A stretch of DNA of 64,000 nucleotides from Acidimicrobiia bacterium (GTDB lineage Bacteria; Actinomycetota; Acidimicrobiia; Acidimicrobiales; JACDCH01): positions 3,602 through 67,601 of the forward strand of contig JBQTIQ010000011.1 of assembly GCA_052387955.1 (NCBI GenBank), read 5' to 3'. Shown here one piece after another: positions 32,716 through 41,674 of the stretch (positions are counted from its first letter, which is position 1; the number at the start of each line of letters is the position of its first letter). The position numbers were made by a program, and so were the translations under genes. The notes under the pieces were generated by a model, which was given only the letters and a program-made list of their open reading frames with translations, was not told where the DNA came from and ran no database searches.

Positions 32716-33732
32716 CTACACGTTGAAGTCCAGGCCGTAGGTGCCCTTGAGGCCCTCGAGGCAGAACGGGCGCTGGGGGCATTCGGGCGGGCCGCCGAGG
32801 ACGAGCGCCTCGGTGACGCCGGCCAGGTCCGAGACCGTCTCGAGACCGAAGCGGTCAGCCGTCTCCTGGGTGACGACGAACGTGTTGACGCTGTCGGCCG
32901 GCGCCGGCTCGGTCAGGGTGATGCCTTTGGGGCCGGCCAGGGCCCGGGCCTCAGCGACGGTGTCGTCGAGGTCGGCGGTGGCGTTACCGCCGTAGAAGGT
33001 CAGCAGGGTGCCCACGAACTCGGGGACGAGGTCGAGCTCGCCGCTCTCCAGCGCCGGCAGGTAGGCCTCCCGGGCACCGAACTGGGGCTTGTAGTCGACC
33101 GTCACGCCCGCCGCGGCGAGGGCCTGGCCGTAGACCTGGGCCGCGATCTCCGATTCGGCGAAGTTGGCGCTGCCGACGACCATCGTGCCGGTGGCCGTCA
33201 GCTCGCCGGGCAGAGCGGCCTGGGTGAGGAACGTGCCGGCGACGTCGTCGGGGTTCTGGCCGTCGATGGAGACCGCCTGCACCAGCTCCTGCACCGCCTC
33301 CACGGTGAGCTTCTCGCTCACCACGTCGAGCACGGCGACGACCTCGGGGGAGGCCGAGTCGGTACGCACCGCGGGCACGAAGTTGTCGACCGGCTGCAGC
33401 TCCCTGTCGTCCTCGAGGGCCACCCAGTCGTTCTTGGGGATGGCGCCGTCGGAGGAGTCCAGCAGGGCGATGTCGATGTCGCCCTTCTCCAGCGCCGCCT
33501 TGGTGAGCGGGCCTCCGGTGTCGAGGGCGACGAAGGAGAACGTCGCCCCCGAGGGCGGCGCCGAGGACGAATCGCTCCCCGACGCTTGCGAGCCGTTGTC
33601 CGGGCCCGATGGCGAGCTCTCCTCGCTGTCGTCGCCGCAGCCGGCGAAGACGAGGGCGGCGGCGACTGCCAACGCGATCATCCTGCGGGGCGATCGCCCT
33701 TCGGAGAACCGGGCGCTACGTGATCGTCTCAT
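32716..33732 (-). CDS. Glycine betaine/choline-type ABC transporter substrate-binding lipoprotein (OpuAC/OpuCC fold)
   Basis: ATG 33732 lies 9 nt after AGGAAGG. Lipobox LVFAGCG. VVGSANFAESEIAAQVYGQAL and LVPEF.GT are typical PF04069-like blocks. Confidence 0.8.
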   Translation of the reverse strand: MRRSRSARFSEGRSPRRMIALAVAAALVFAGCGDDSEESSPSGPDNGSQASGSDSSSAPPSGATFSFVALDTGGPLTKAALEKGDIDIALLDSSDGAIPKNDWVALEDDRELQPVDNFVPAVRTDSASPEVVAVLDVVSEKLTVEAVQELVQAVSIDGQNPDDVAGTFLTQAALPGELTATGTMVVGSANFAESEIAAQVYGQALAAAGVTVDYKPQFGAREAYLPALESGELDLVPEFVGTLLTFYGGNATADLDDTVAEARALAGPKGITLTEPAPADSVNTFVVTQETADRFGLETVSDLAGVTEALVLGGPPECPQRPFCLEGLKGTYGLDFNV

Positions 33733-33745
33733 GGTCAATGCCTTC

Positions 33746-34495
33746 CTACGGGGACGGTGTCGCGACCACGGCGGCCGCTCTCGTCGCTGCCAGCTCTGAG
33801 CGCATTCCTCGGGGCGTGAGCCGGCGCTGGGCCAGGCCCAGCACCACCTCGGTCGCCAACGAGAGCGCGGCCACGAGCAGTGCGCCGACGAAGATCTGGG
33901 TGTTCTGTTGGGCGGGCGTGGGTAGCGAACGCCCGTCGATGATGTAGCGGCCGAGGCCGCCGGCGCCGACGAAGGCGGCGATGGTGGCGGTGGCCACGAC
34001 CTGGACCGAGGCGGTGCGCACGCCGGCCATCAGTAAGGGGACGGCCATGGGGAGCTCGACGCGCCGCAGGACCTCGGCGTCGGTCATACCCATGCCCCGG
34101 GCCGAGTCGCGGGCCTCGTCGGCGACGTCCGCCACCGCGGTGTAGGCGTTGGTGACCAAGGGCGGCACGGCCAACGCCACCAGGGCGACGAAGGTCGTGA
34201 ACGAGCCGATCACCGGCAGCGCGAGGAGGCCGAACATCTGGGTCCCGAGCACGAGGATGGCGAAGCTGGGGATGGCCCGGCCGATGTTGGACAGGTTGGT
34301 GGCCACCGCCCCGTACCGACGTTTGTGGCCGAGCCACACCGCCGGCGGGAGCGCCAGCACACAGGCTGCGGCCACGGCGCACAGCGAGTACTGCAGGTGT
34401 TCGCCCAACCGGGCGGGTACGCCGAAGTCGCCCCGCCAGTGGGCGGGGTCGTTGAGCCAGGTGCCCACGTCGCCGAAGAGGCCGGCGAACGTCAC
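33746..34495 (-). CDS. Osmoprotectant ABC transporter permease
   Basis: GTG 34495 overlaps the upstream stop (GTGA). 249 aa, 5-6 TM, EAA loop (DSARGMGMTDAEVLRRVELPMAVP). Confidence 0.85.
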   Translation of the reverse strand: MTFAGLFGDVGTWLNDPAHWRGDFGVPARLGEHLQYSLCAVAAACVLALPPAVWLGHKRRYGAVATNLSNIGRAIPSFAILVLGTQMFGLLALPVIGSFTTFVALVALAVPPLVTNAYTAVADVADEARDSARGMGMTDAEVLRRVELPMAVPLLMAGVRTASVQVVATATIAAFVGAGGLGRYIIDGRSLPTPAQQNTQIFVGALLVAALSLATEVVLGLAQRRLTPRGMRSELAATRAAAVVATPSP

Positions 34496-35181
34496 CTCGC
34501 CCGCCGGTCGGCACGGTTGGCTGCGTCGGCGGTGGCCCATGGGCTCAGCAGCCGTTGTGCCGCCAGGAGGGCCACGTCGACCACGACCGCCAGCGCGACC
34601 GACAGGGCGATCCCGACGGTGATGGCGGTCCGGATGGGCCGGTTCTGGCCGACGTAGATGAGGTTTCCGAGGCTGGGGATGGCGAGCAGCCCGGCCACCG
34701 CGGCGAGGCCGATGGTGGTGACGGTAGCCACGCGGACGCCGGCGACGATGGCCGGTAGGGCCAACGGCAGCTCGACCCGCAACAGCCGGCGGAGCCGGCC
34801 GTAGCCCATGCCGTCGGCCGCGTCGCGCACCTCGGCGGGAACCCCGTCGAGGCCTTCCACCACGTTGCGCAACAGGATCAGCAGCGTGTAGCCGGTCAGC
34901 GGTATGAGCGCGGTCGTCCGGGACAGCCCGGTGACGGGGATGAGGAGGGCGAAGGCAGCCAGCGACGGGACCGTGTACAGCACCCCGGTCACCGCCAGCG
35001 ATGGCGGGTAGAGCCATCGCCATCTCGCCGCCGCGATGCCCAGGGGCAGGGCGATGGCCAGGCCGATCCCCACTGCCATAGCGGTGAGGGCGATGTGCTC
35101 GGTGAGCGACGATGAGATCAGGTCGGTGTTGCGGCCCACCCAGTCCCACCACAGCCAGCGATCGACGTTGCTGGCCAGCAC
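34492..35181 (-). CDS. Osmoprotectant ABC transporter permease
   Basis: 229 aa. EAA loop (DAADGMGYGRLRRLLRVELPLALP). First gene of the minus-strand permease-permease-SBP unit. Confidence 0.85.
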   Translation of the reverse strand: MLASNVDRWLWWDWVGRNTDLISSSLTEHIALTAMAVGIGLAIALPLGIAAARWRWLYPPSLAVTGVLYTVPSLAAFALLIPVTGLSRTTALIPLTGYTLLILLRNVVEGLDGVPAEVRDAADGMGYGRLRRLLRVELPLALPAIVAGVRVATVTTIGLAAVAGLLAIPSLGNLIYVGQNRPIRTAITVGIALSVALAVVVDVALLAAQRLLSPWATADAANRADRRAR

Positions 35182-35250
35182 CGGGCCGAGGCTATCGCCG
35201 TGGCCCTCTGGGGGCCGGGGGGACGCAGCCCCCCAGCTAGCGTTGCGCTC

Positions 35251-36357
35251 TTGATCCGGCTCGATCGGGTGTCGAAGCGGTACCCGAACGGGCAGGTGGC
35301 GGTGCGGGAGCTGTCGCTCGATGTCCCCGACGGTGAGATCTGTGTGCTGGTGGGCCCGTCCGGGTGCGGGAAGACCACGACCATGCGGATGATCAACCGG
35401 CTCATAGAACCGACGTCAGGACGCATCGAGATCGACGGCGAGGACGTCACCGCCGCAGACCCGGTACAGCTCCGCCGGCGTATCGGCTACGTGATCCAGC
35501 AGGTGGGCCTGTTCCCCCATCAGACGGTGGCCGAGAACGTCGCCACCGTGCCCCGGCTGTTGCGCTGGCCCAAGCCCAAGGTGACGGCCCGGGTCGACGA
35601 GCTGCTGGCGCTGGTGGGCCTCGACCCGGCCACGTTCCGGGACCGGTACCCCAACCAGCTCTCGGGGGGGCAGCGCCAGCGAGTGGGGGTGGCCCGGGCA
35701 CTCGGCGCCGATCCTCCCGTGCTGTTGATGGACGAGCCCTTCGGGGCCATCGACCCGATCAGCCGCGAACGCCTGCAGGACGAGTTCCTGCGCCTGCAGG
35801 CCGAGGTCCGCAAGACCGTCGTGTTCGTGACCCACGACGTCGACGAGGCGGTGAAGCTCGGCGACCGCATCGCCATCCTCGCCGAAGGCGGCGAGCTGGC
35901 CCAGTACGCCACGCCGGCCGAGGTCCTCGCCCGGCCCGCCAGCGACTTCGTGGCTGGTTTCGTCGGCGACGACCGGGCGGTGAAGCGGCTGCGGGTCGCC
36001 GGCTTTTCGATCTCGGACCTCGACCAGCCCGTGACCGTGGGGCACGACCTCGACGTCGCCACCGCCCGTGGCACCCTCGAGGACGCCGACGCGGCCTTCG
36101 CCCTCGTCGTCGACGACGACCGCCGCATCGTCGGCTGGGTGACGGCGGCGGCGTTGGCCGGCGCCTCCGGGCCGGTATCGGGCGTACTGGCGCCGGCGCC
36201 GGCCCGGGTGAGCGTCGGGGCGTCGCTGCGCGAGGCGCTGAGCGAGCTGTTGCTGTACGACTCGGGCTTCGTCGCCGTGGTCGACGAGCACCGACGACTG
36301 TGCGGGGTACTGACGCCGGAGACGCTCTACGCCGCCGTGCGACGTTCCCAGCCCTGA
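35251..36357 (+). CDS. Osmoprotectant ABC transporter ATP-binding protein with tandem CBS domains (OpuCA/ProV-like)
   Basis: TTG 35251 (LIRLDRVSKRY...) lies 8 nt after a TAGCGT hexamer. Walker A GPSGCGKTT, signature LSGGQRQR, Walker B LLMDEPFGA, and a C-terminal CBS pair. Confidence 0.85.
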   Translation: MIRLDRVSKRYPNGQVAVRELSLDVPDGEICVLVGPSGCGKTTTMRMINRLIEPTSGRIEIDGEDVTAADPVQLRRRIGYVIQQVGLFPHQTVAENVATVPRLLRWPKPKVTARVDELLALVGLDPATFRDRYPNQLSGGQRQRVGVARALGADPPVLLMDEPFGAIDPISRERLQDEFLRLQAEVRKTVVFVTHDVDEAVKLGDRIAILAEGGELAQYATPAEVLARPASDFVAGFVGDDRAVKRLRVAGFSISDLDQPVTVGHDLDVATARGTLEDADAAFALVVDDDRRIVGWVTAAALAGASGPVSGVLAPAPARVSVGASLREALSELLLYDSGFVAVVDEHRRLCGVLTPETLYAAVRRSQP

Positions 36358-36360
36358 CGT

Positions 36361-36513
36361 GTCGCCCTCACTCGGTCGCTTCGCTCCCTCCGTTCAGGCG
36401 AGTTCAGATGGCGCCCGCCTCCGACGGGCTCGAACGCCTGCGAGCGGCGAAGCCGCCCTCCGGCGGATATGCGGGGGTGCCCCCCGCACCCCCTGCGGCT
36501 GCGCCGTACAGGA
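36361..36513 (+). repeat. Dispersed GC-rich multi-hairpin intergenic repeat, copy B (CT-rich 5' module plus core)
   Basis: Starts 4 nt after the ATPase stop. The core 36410-36513 aligns with the reverse complement of 6898-7004 and with 50746-50851. Confidence 0.8.
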
Positions 36514-36603
36514 CGGGCACGCAGCGGATCACCGCCATCCCGAGGCCCTCACGAGCGAGCCTCCGTACGCCGCCCGACATCCTCCTGTCGGAGCAGCGCG
36601 TTT

Positions 36604-37920
36604 TCAGCCGATCGTCGTGGTCCCGCCCATGTAGGGGTGCAGGACTTCGGGAAGCTGGATCGAGCCGTCGGGACGACGGTGGGTCTCGACCAGCGCCGCC
36701 CAGACCCGGGGCCAGGCCAGCGCCGAACCGTTGACGGTGTGGGCGATCTCGGTGGCAGGACCCCGGTCGTCCCGGCCGGCGCCGGGGGCACGGCGGTAGC
36801 GGACGTTGGCCCGGCGGGCCTGGAAGTCGCCGTACCAGGACACCGAGGAGACCTCGAGCCAACGGTCGACCCCGGGGGCGTACACCTCGACGTCGAAGGT
36901 GCGGGCGCTCGAGAACCCGAGGTCGCCGGCGCACAGGTCGAGCACCCGGTAGGCCAGCCCGAGGTCGGCCACGAGGGCGATGGCCCGCTCGAGGATGTCG
37001 TGGTGGGCCGCCGGCGCCTGCTCGGCGGTGGCATAGGCGAAGAGCTCGACCTTGTCGAACTCGTGGCTGCGCAGGAGGCCCCGAGTGTCGGCGCCGGCTG
37101 ATCCCGCCTCCCGGCGGAAACACGGCGTGTAGGCGCAGAAGCGAGCCGGCAGGGCGGCCTCGTCGAGGACCTCGTCACGGTGCATCGAGGTGAGCGGCAC
37201 CTCGGCGGTGGGGATGGCCCACAAGTCGTCGCGCTCGAGGTGATAGGCGTCGTCGGAGAACTTGGGCAGGTGCCCCGTCGAGGTCATCGTCTCCGTCCGC
37301 ACCAGCGTCGGGGGCCGGACCTCCTGGTAGCCGTCGGCGCCGGCGCTGTGACGGTCGAGCGCGAGCTGGGTCAACGCCCGCACGAGCCGGGCGCCGAGAC
37401 CGCGGTACATGACGAACATCGAGCCCGAGAGCTTGGTGGCCCGGTCGAGGTCGAGCAGGCCGAGGGCGGCGCCGATGTCCCAGTGGGGCACCCGCTGGTG
37501 CTCGCCGTAGCCGCCGGGTTTGTAACCGGTCACGGACAGGACCGGGTTGTCGTCGGCGCCCGCACCGTCGGGGGCCTCGGCCGACGGCAGGTTGGGGACC
37601 CGCAACAGCACGGCCCGGGCCTGCTCGGCCAGGGCGTCGTGGCGGGCGGCAAGCTCGGACTCCCGCTGGCCGAGGTCACGGCTCTGGGCCTGCAGGGCCT
37701 CGGCGTCGTCGGGGCGGCCCGAAGCGCGCATGCGGCCGACGTCCTTGGAGATGGCCTTGACCTGGGCCCGCAGCGCGTCGCGCTCGGCGACGACCTCCCG
37801 CTGTTGGCGGTCGAGCCCGGCGACGACGTCGAGCTCGGCCGCCACCGACGGGTCGCCCCGCCGCGCCAGCGCGGCCTTCACCCCGTCGAGGTCGGAACGG
37901 ATCCGGCGGACGTCGAGCAC
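36604..37920 (-). CDS. serS: Seryl-tRNA synthetase
   Basis: 438 aa. N-terminal coiled-coil arm ([22 protein letters not shown]...) and class II motifs (FRREAGS..., GSALA). Confidence 0.95.
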   Translation of the reverse strand: MLDVRRIRSDLDGVKAALARRGDPSVAAELDVVAGLDRQQREVVAERDALRAQVKAISKDVGRMRASGRPDDAEALQAQSRDLGQRESELAARHDALAEQARAVLLRVPNLPSAEAPDGAGADDNPVLSVTGYKPGGYGEHQRVPHWDIGAALGLLDLDRATKLSGSMFVMYRGLGARLVRALTQLALDRHSAGADGYQEVRPPTLVRTETMTSTGHLPKFSDDAYHLERDDLWAIPTAEVPLTSMHRDEVLDEAALPARFCAYTPCFRREAGSAGADTRGLLRSHEFDKVELFAYATAEQAPAAHHDILERAIALVADLGLAYRVLDLCAGDLGFSSARTFDVEVYAPGVDRWLEVSSVSWYGDFQARRANVRYRRAPGAGRDDRGPATEIAHTVNGSALAWPRVWAALVETHRRPDGSIQLPEVLHPYMGGTTTIG

Positions 37921-38009
37921 CCCGGGAGGCTACAAAGAGCCGCCCGCGCTGCCGGCACCCGTTCCGATGGAGCCGGGCGTCGGGACAGCCAGTAGCTTCG
38001 CCCCTTCGT

Positions 38010-38987
38010 ATGCCGGCGATCGAGGTGGCCCGGTTGGCCGTCCGGTTCGGCGACGTGCAGGCCGTGGCCGGGGTCTCCTTCACCGTCGACAACGGCGAGG
38101 TGGTGGCCCTGCTGGGACCCAACGGCGCCGGCAAGACGACGACTGTCGAGACCCTGGAGGGGTACCGGTCACCGACCTCGGGGACGGTCCGGGTGCTCGG
38201 TCTCGACCCGGTGGCCGACCACGGCGCCCTGGCCCCCAAGGTCGGGGTCATGTTGCAGGAGGGTGGCGTGTACCCCGGCATCCGTCCCCTCGAGGCCGTC
38301 GAGCTGTTCGCGTCGTACTACGACCGTCCCGCCGATCCGGTCGAGCTGCTGGAGCGGGTGGGGCTGGGCGAGCGGCGGTCGGTGGCCTGCCGGCGGTTGT
38401 CGGGAGGCGAACGGCAACGGTTGTCGCTGGCGCTGGCGCTGGTGGGCCAGCCCGAGGTGGCCTTCCTCGACGAGCCGACGGCGGGCATCGACGTCACCGG
38501 CCGCCGGCTCGTCCGCGCCGTGATCGGCGAACTGCGCCGCCGCGCCGCCGTGTTGGTCACCACCCACGACCTCGACGAAGCCGAACGGATCGCCGACCGC
38601 ATCGTGATCATCGACCGGGGACGGGTGCTGGTGAGCGGGACGCCGGCCGAGCTGGTGCGCTCCCCCGACGGCGGGGAGATCCTCTTCGCGGCGCGGCCCG
38701 GCCTCGACCGCATCGGCATGGGCCAGGCGTTGTCGGCGACCGTCGAGGAAATGTCGCCCGGCGAGTACCGGGCCGCCCTGGCGCCGACACCGTCGAACGT
38801 GGCCGCGCTCACCGCGTGGCTGGCCGAGCGCGACCTCGCGCTCGGCGACCTGCGGGCCGGGCGTCAACGGCTAGAGGACGTGTTCACCCGGCTCACCGAG
38901 GCCGACGCCGAGCCCCGGGAGGATGCTGGCGCCGGCCCCAGGGCCGCGCCGGGCCACCGGGCCCGACGCCGGCGGCACCGGCGATGA
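38010..38987 (+). CDS. ABC transporter ATP-binding protein (DrrA/ABC-2 exporter type)
   Basis: Walker [10 protein letters not shown], signature LSGGERQR, Walker [12 protein letters not shown]. Confidence 0.9.
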   Translation: MPAIEVARLAVRFGDVQAVAGVSFTVDNGEVVALLGPNGAGKTTTVETLEGYRSPTSGTVRVLGLDPVADHGALAPKVGVMLQEGGVYPGIRPLEAVELFASYYDRPADPVELLERVGLGERRSVACRRLSGGERQRLSLALALVGQPEVAFLDEPTAGIDVTGRRLVRAVIGELRRRAAVLVTTHDLDEAERIADRIVIIDRGRVLVSGTPAELVRSPDGGEILFAARPGLDRIGMGQALSATVEEMSPGEYRAALAPTPSNVAALTAWLAERDLALGDLRAGRQRLEDVFTRLTEADAEPREDAGAGPRAAPGHRARRRRHRR

Positions 38988-39709
38988 GGGCGCTGGTCGC
39001 CCAGACCCGCACCGAGCTGGTGTTGACGCTGCGACGGGGTGAGTCGCTGTTGTTGGTGTTCGGCATCCCGCTGTTGCTGTTGGCGTTCTTCTCGGTCGTC
39101 GACGTGCTGCCCGTGGGCGACGCGGCCGAGCCCGTCGACTTCCTCGCCCCCGGCATCCTCGCCCTGGCCGTCATGTCGACCGGCATGGTCCAGCTGGCCA
39201 TCGGCACCGGGTTCGAGCGCCAGTACGGGGTGCTCAAGCGGTTGGGGGCCACCCCGCTGGGCCGCCCTCGTCTGCTGGCGGCGAAGACGCTGGCCATCGC
39301 CGCGGTGGAGGCCGTCCAGGTGCTGCTGGTGGTGGTGTTGGCGCTGCTGCTCGGCTGGTCGCCGGTGGCCGAGGCCGGGGCGGTGGTGGGCCTGGTGGTG
39401 CTGGGCACCGTCGCCTTCGCCGGCATCGGCCTGCTCATGGCGGGCACGTTGCGGGGCGAGGTCACCCTGGCCGCTGCCAACGGCCTGTACCTGGTGCTGC
39501 TGCTCACCGGCGGCATGGTCTTTTCGGTGTCCGAGCTGCCGGCCGCGGTGCGGGTGGTGGCCGAGCTGTTGCCGGCGGCCGCCCTGGCCGACGGGCTTGC
39601 CGGCACCCTCAGCGGCACCGACTGGCACCCGGCCCGGGACTGGGCCGTGCTCGGCGCCTGGGCCGTGGTCGGCCCCGCCCTGGCGGCGCGCTACTTCCGC
39701 TGGGAGTAG
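38984..39709 (+). CDS. ABC-2 type transporter permease
   Basis: ATG 38984 overlaps the ATPase stop (ATGA). 241 aa with 6 TM helices. Confidence 0.8.
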   Translation: MRALVAQTRTELVLTLRRGESLLLVFGIPLLLLAFFSVVDVLPVGDAAEPVDFLAPGILALAVMSTGMVQLAIGTGFERQYGVLKRLGATPLGRPRLLAAKTLAIAAVEAVQVLLVVVLALLLGWSPVAEAGAVVGLVVLGTVAFAGIGLLMAGTLRGEVTLAAANGLYLVLLLTGGMVFSVSELPAAVRVVAELLPAAALADGLAGTLSGTDWHPARDWAVLGAWAVVGPALAARYFRWE

Positions 39710-39722
39710 GGGCGCGGCGCGG

Positions 39723-40619
39723 TCAGCTCTGCTCTGTGGGGGCGGGGACGCCGAGCCGGTCGAGGCGGTCGAGCTCGTCACGCACGTCGTCCCACGTCAA
39801 GACGTCCCGTTCGGTGACCAGTACGCCGGCCCGGTCGGCGGCCTCGTGGCGGTGTGCCCACTTGAAGAAGAGGCTGAGGATGACCATCCACAGGAACGCG
39901 CCGGCGCCGAGCTTCATCAGAACGCCGGCGGCCTGCTGGTCGGTGACGGGCCCGACGCCCCACAGCTGGTAGGCGTGCTCGTAGGACGAGTAGATCGGGT
40001 TCTCGGCGAAGATCAGCCAGGCCGAGGGCACGGTGGGCACAATCGACTGCAGGAACAGGTACAGCATCTGGCCCGGCAGGGACAGGCGCAGTTCGGGCAG
40101 CGGGCCGCACACCGGCAGCCACATCATCAGCGCCGACATGAACAACGCGGTGTGGACGAGGTAGTGGACCAGGGCGACGTCGATCGACAGGTTCACCAGC
40201 GCCGGCCAGTGGGTTGCCACGAAGACGGCGTTGAAGACCAAGCCCGCCACCAGCGGCTTGAACAGGGCACGCAACCCCCGGCCCGCCAACGGCCCGCTCA
40301 CGATGAGCCGGGCCAGCCATGGCGGCGTGGCCAGCAGGAAGAGGGGGGCGACGATCATCGACATCAACAGGTGCTGCACCATGTGCACGACCAGGAGCCC
40401 CTCCTCGGCCGTGTCGTGGACCGGCCAGTCGGCCGAGACCCACAGCAGCAAGATGGCGGTGACGAACCACGCCTTCTGACGTCGGGTGACGATCGGCGAG
40501 CCGTCCCGCACCACCTTGGGGCCGATGACCCGTACCGCGTACAGGGCCAGGCCGACGATGCCGGCGATCAGCAGCCAGACCTCGGGGTGCGGCTGCCAGC
40601 GCCAGGGGTCGAACGTCAC
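39723..40619 (-). CDS. ctaG: Cytochrome c oxidase assembly factor CtaG (caa3 type)
   Basis: 298 aa polytopic membrane protein with HMVQHLLL-like (VHMVQHLLMSM) and THWP blocks. Last gene of the cta operon. Confidence 0.8.
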   Translation of the reverse strand: MTFDPWRWQPHPEVWLLIAGIVGLALYAVRVIGPKVVRDGSPIVTRRQKAWFVTAILLLWVSADWPVHDTAEEGLLVVHMVQHLLMSMIVAPLFLLATPPWLARLIVSGPLAGRGLRALFKPLVAGLVFNAVFVATHWPALVNLSIDVALVHYLVHTALFMSALMMWLPVCGPLPELRLSLPGQMLYLFLQSIVPTVPSAWLIFAENPIYSSYEHAYQLWGVGPVTDQQAAGVLMKLGAGAFLWMVILSLFFKWAHRHEAADRAGVLVTERDVLTWDDVRDELDRLDRLGVPAPTEQS

Positions 40620-40661
40620 GACGCTCCGGCGGGCGGCGGCATCAGCGTCGGCCTCGGCCCG

Positions 40662-41000
40662 CTACACGAAGACGTGGAAGGTCATGAGCACGACGCAGTA
40701 GACGAACGTGGCCAGGGCCAGGCCGATGATGAAGAAGCGCCGGAACACCTTGCTGTCGAAGCGCAGGTGCATGAAGAACATGGCCACCGTGGCGAACTTG
40801 ACCACCATCATCACCACCAGCGTGACGAGCAGCAGCCCGAAGTTGTCGGTGAACGCCGGGATGTAGGAGACGGCGATCTCGGCCCCGGTGACCACGGCCA
40901 GGAACAGCGCCACGTAGACGTAGGTGAGGTCGGTGGGATGGGCGTGCCCGTGCTCGGCGTGGAGATCGGCCGGCGCCCCGTGGCTGGTGTCGGTGGCCAT
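40662..41000 (-). CDS. ctaF: Cytochrome c oxidase subunit IV (Bacillus CtaF-type)
   Basis: ATG 41000 lies after GGAGAGG. 112 aa, 3 TM, with a KFATVAMFFMHLRF block. Confidence 0.75.
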   Translation of the reverse strand: MATDTSHGAPADLHAEHGHAHPTDLTYVYVALFLAVVTGAEIAVSYIPAFTDNFGLLLVTLVVMMVVKFATVAMFFMHLRFDSKVFRRFFIIGLALATFVYCVVLMTFHVFV

Positions 41001-41017
41001 GCGTGGGTGTGCCTCTC

Positions 41018-41674
41018 CTACGGGATCAGGTAGACGACGGTGAAGATGAGGATCCACACGATGTCGACGAAGTGCCAGTACAGCCCGATGATCTCCACCG
41101 TCTCCGCCCGGGCCTGGCCCAGGCGCCCCCGCATCGACATGATGACCAGCGACATGAGCATGACGATGCCGATGCTCACGTGCACGCCGTGGAACCCGGT
41201 CAAGGTGTAGAAGGCGGTGGCGCCGACGTTGGTCGTGTACCCCATCCCCTCCTTCACGAAGGAGGTGAACTCGTAGACCTGGCCGGCGATGAAGATGGAG
41301 CCGAGCAGCGCCGTTGTCGTCAGCCACACCCGTAGGTTGCGGTGGTCGCCCCGTTGCCCGGCCGACAGGGCCAGCACCATCGTCAGCGAGCTCATGAGCA
41401 GCACGAAGGACGACACCGAGGTGAAGGGGATGTCGTAGAGGTCATGCGGGCGGGGGCCCCGCAGCGCGGTGTTCTTGTAGAGCAGGTAGGTGGAGATCAG
41501 GCCGCCGAAGAGCAGGCAGTCGGAGGCCAGGAACACCCACATCCCCAGCTTCTCGTTGGACACGCCCGTGACCGTCCACCCGTGCTCGCCGGGCTGGGCG
41601 TCGTGGTGGCCTTCGGGGTGCGGGCCGGCCGGCGGCGTGCGGACCTCGGGGGGGACGCTGACAAGCTCGCTCAC
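41018..41674 (-). CDS. ctaE: Cytochrome c oxidase subunit III
   Basis: GTG 41674 overlaps the ctaD stop (GTGA). FYTLTGFHGVHV and LYWHFVDIVWILIF signatures. Confidence 0.9.
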   Translation of the reverse strand: MSELVSVPPEVRTPPAGPHPEGHHDAQPGEHGWTVTGVSNEKLGMWVFLASDCLLFGGLISTYLLYKNTALRGPRPHDLYDIPFTSVSSFVLLMSSLTMVLALSAGQRGDHRNLRVWLTTTALLGSIFIAGQVYEFTSFVKEGMGYTTNVGATAFYTLTGFHGVHVSIGIVMLMSLVIMSMRGRLGQARAETVEIIGLYWHFVDIVWILIFTVVYLIP

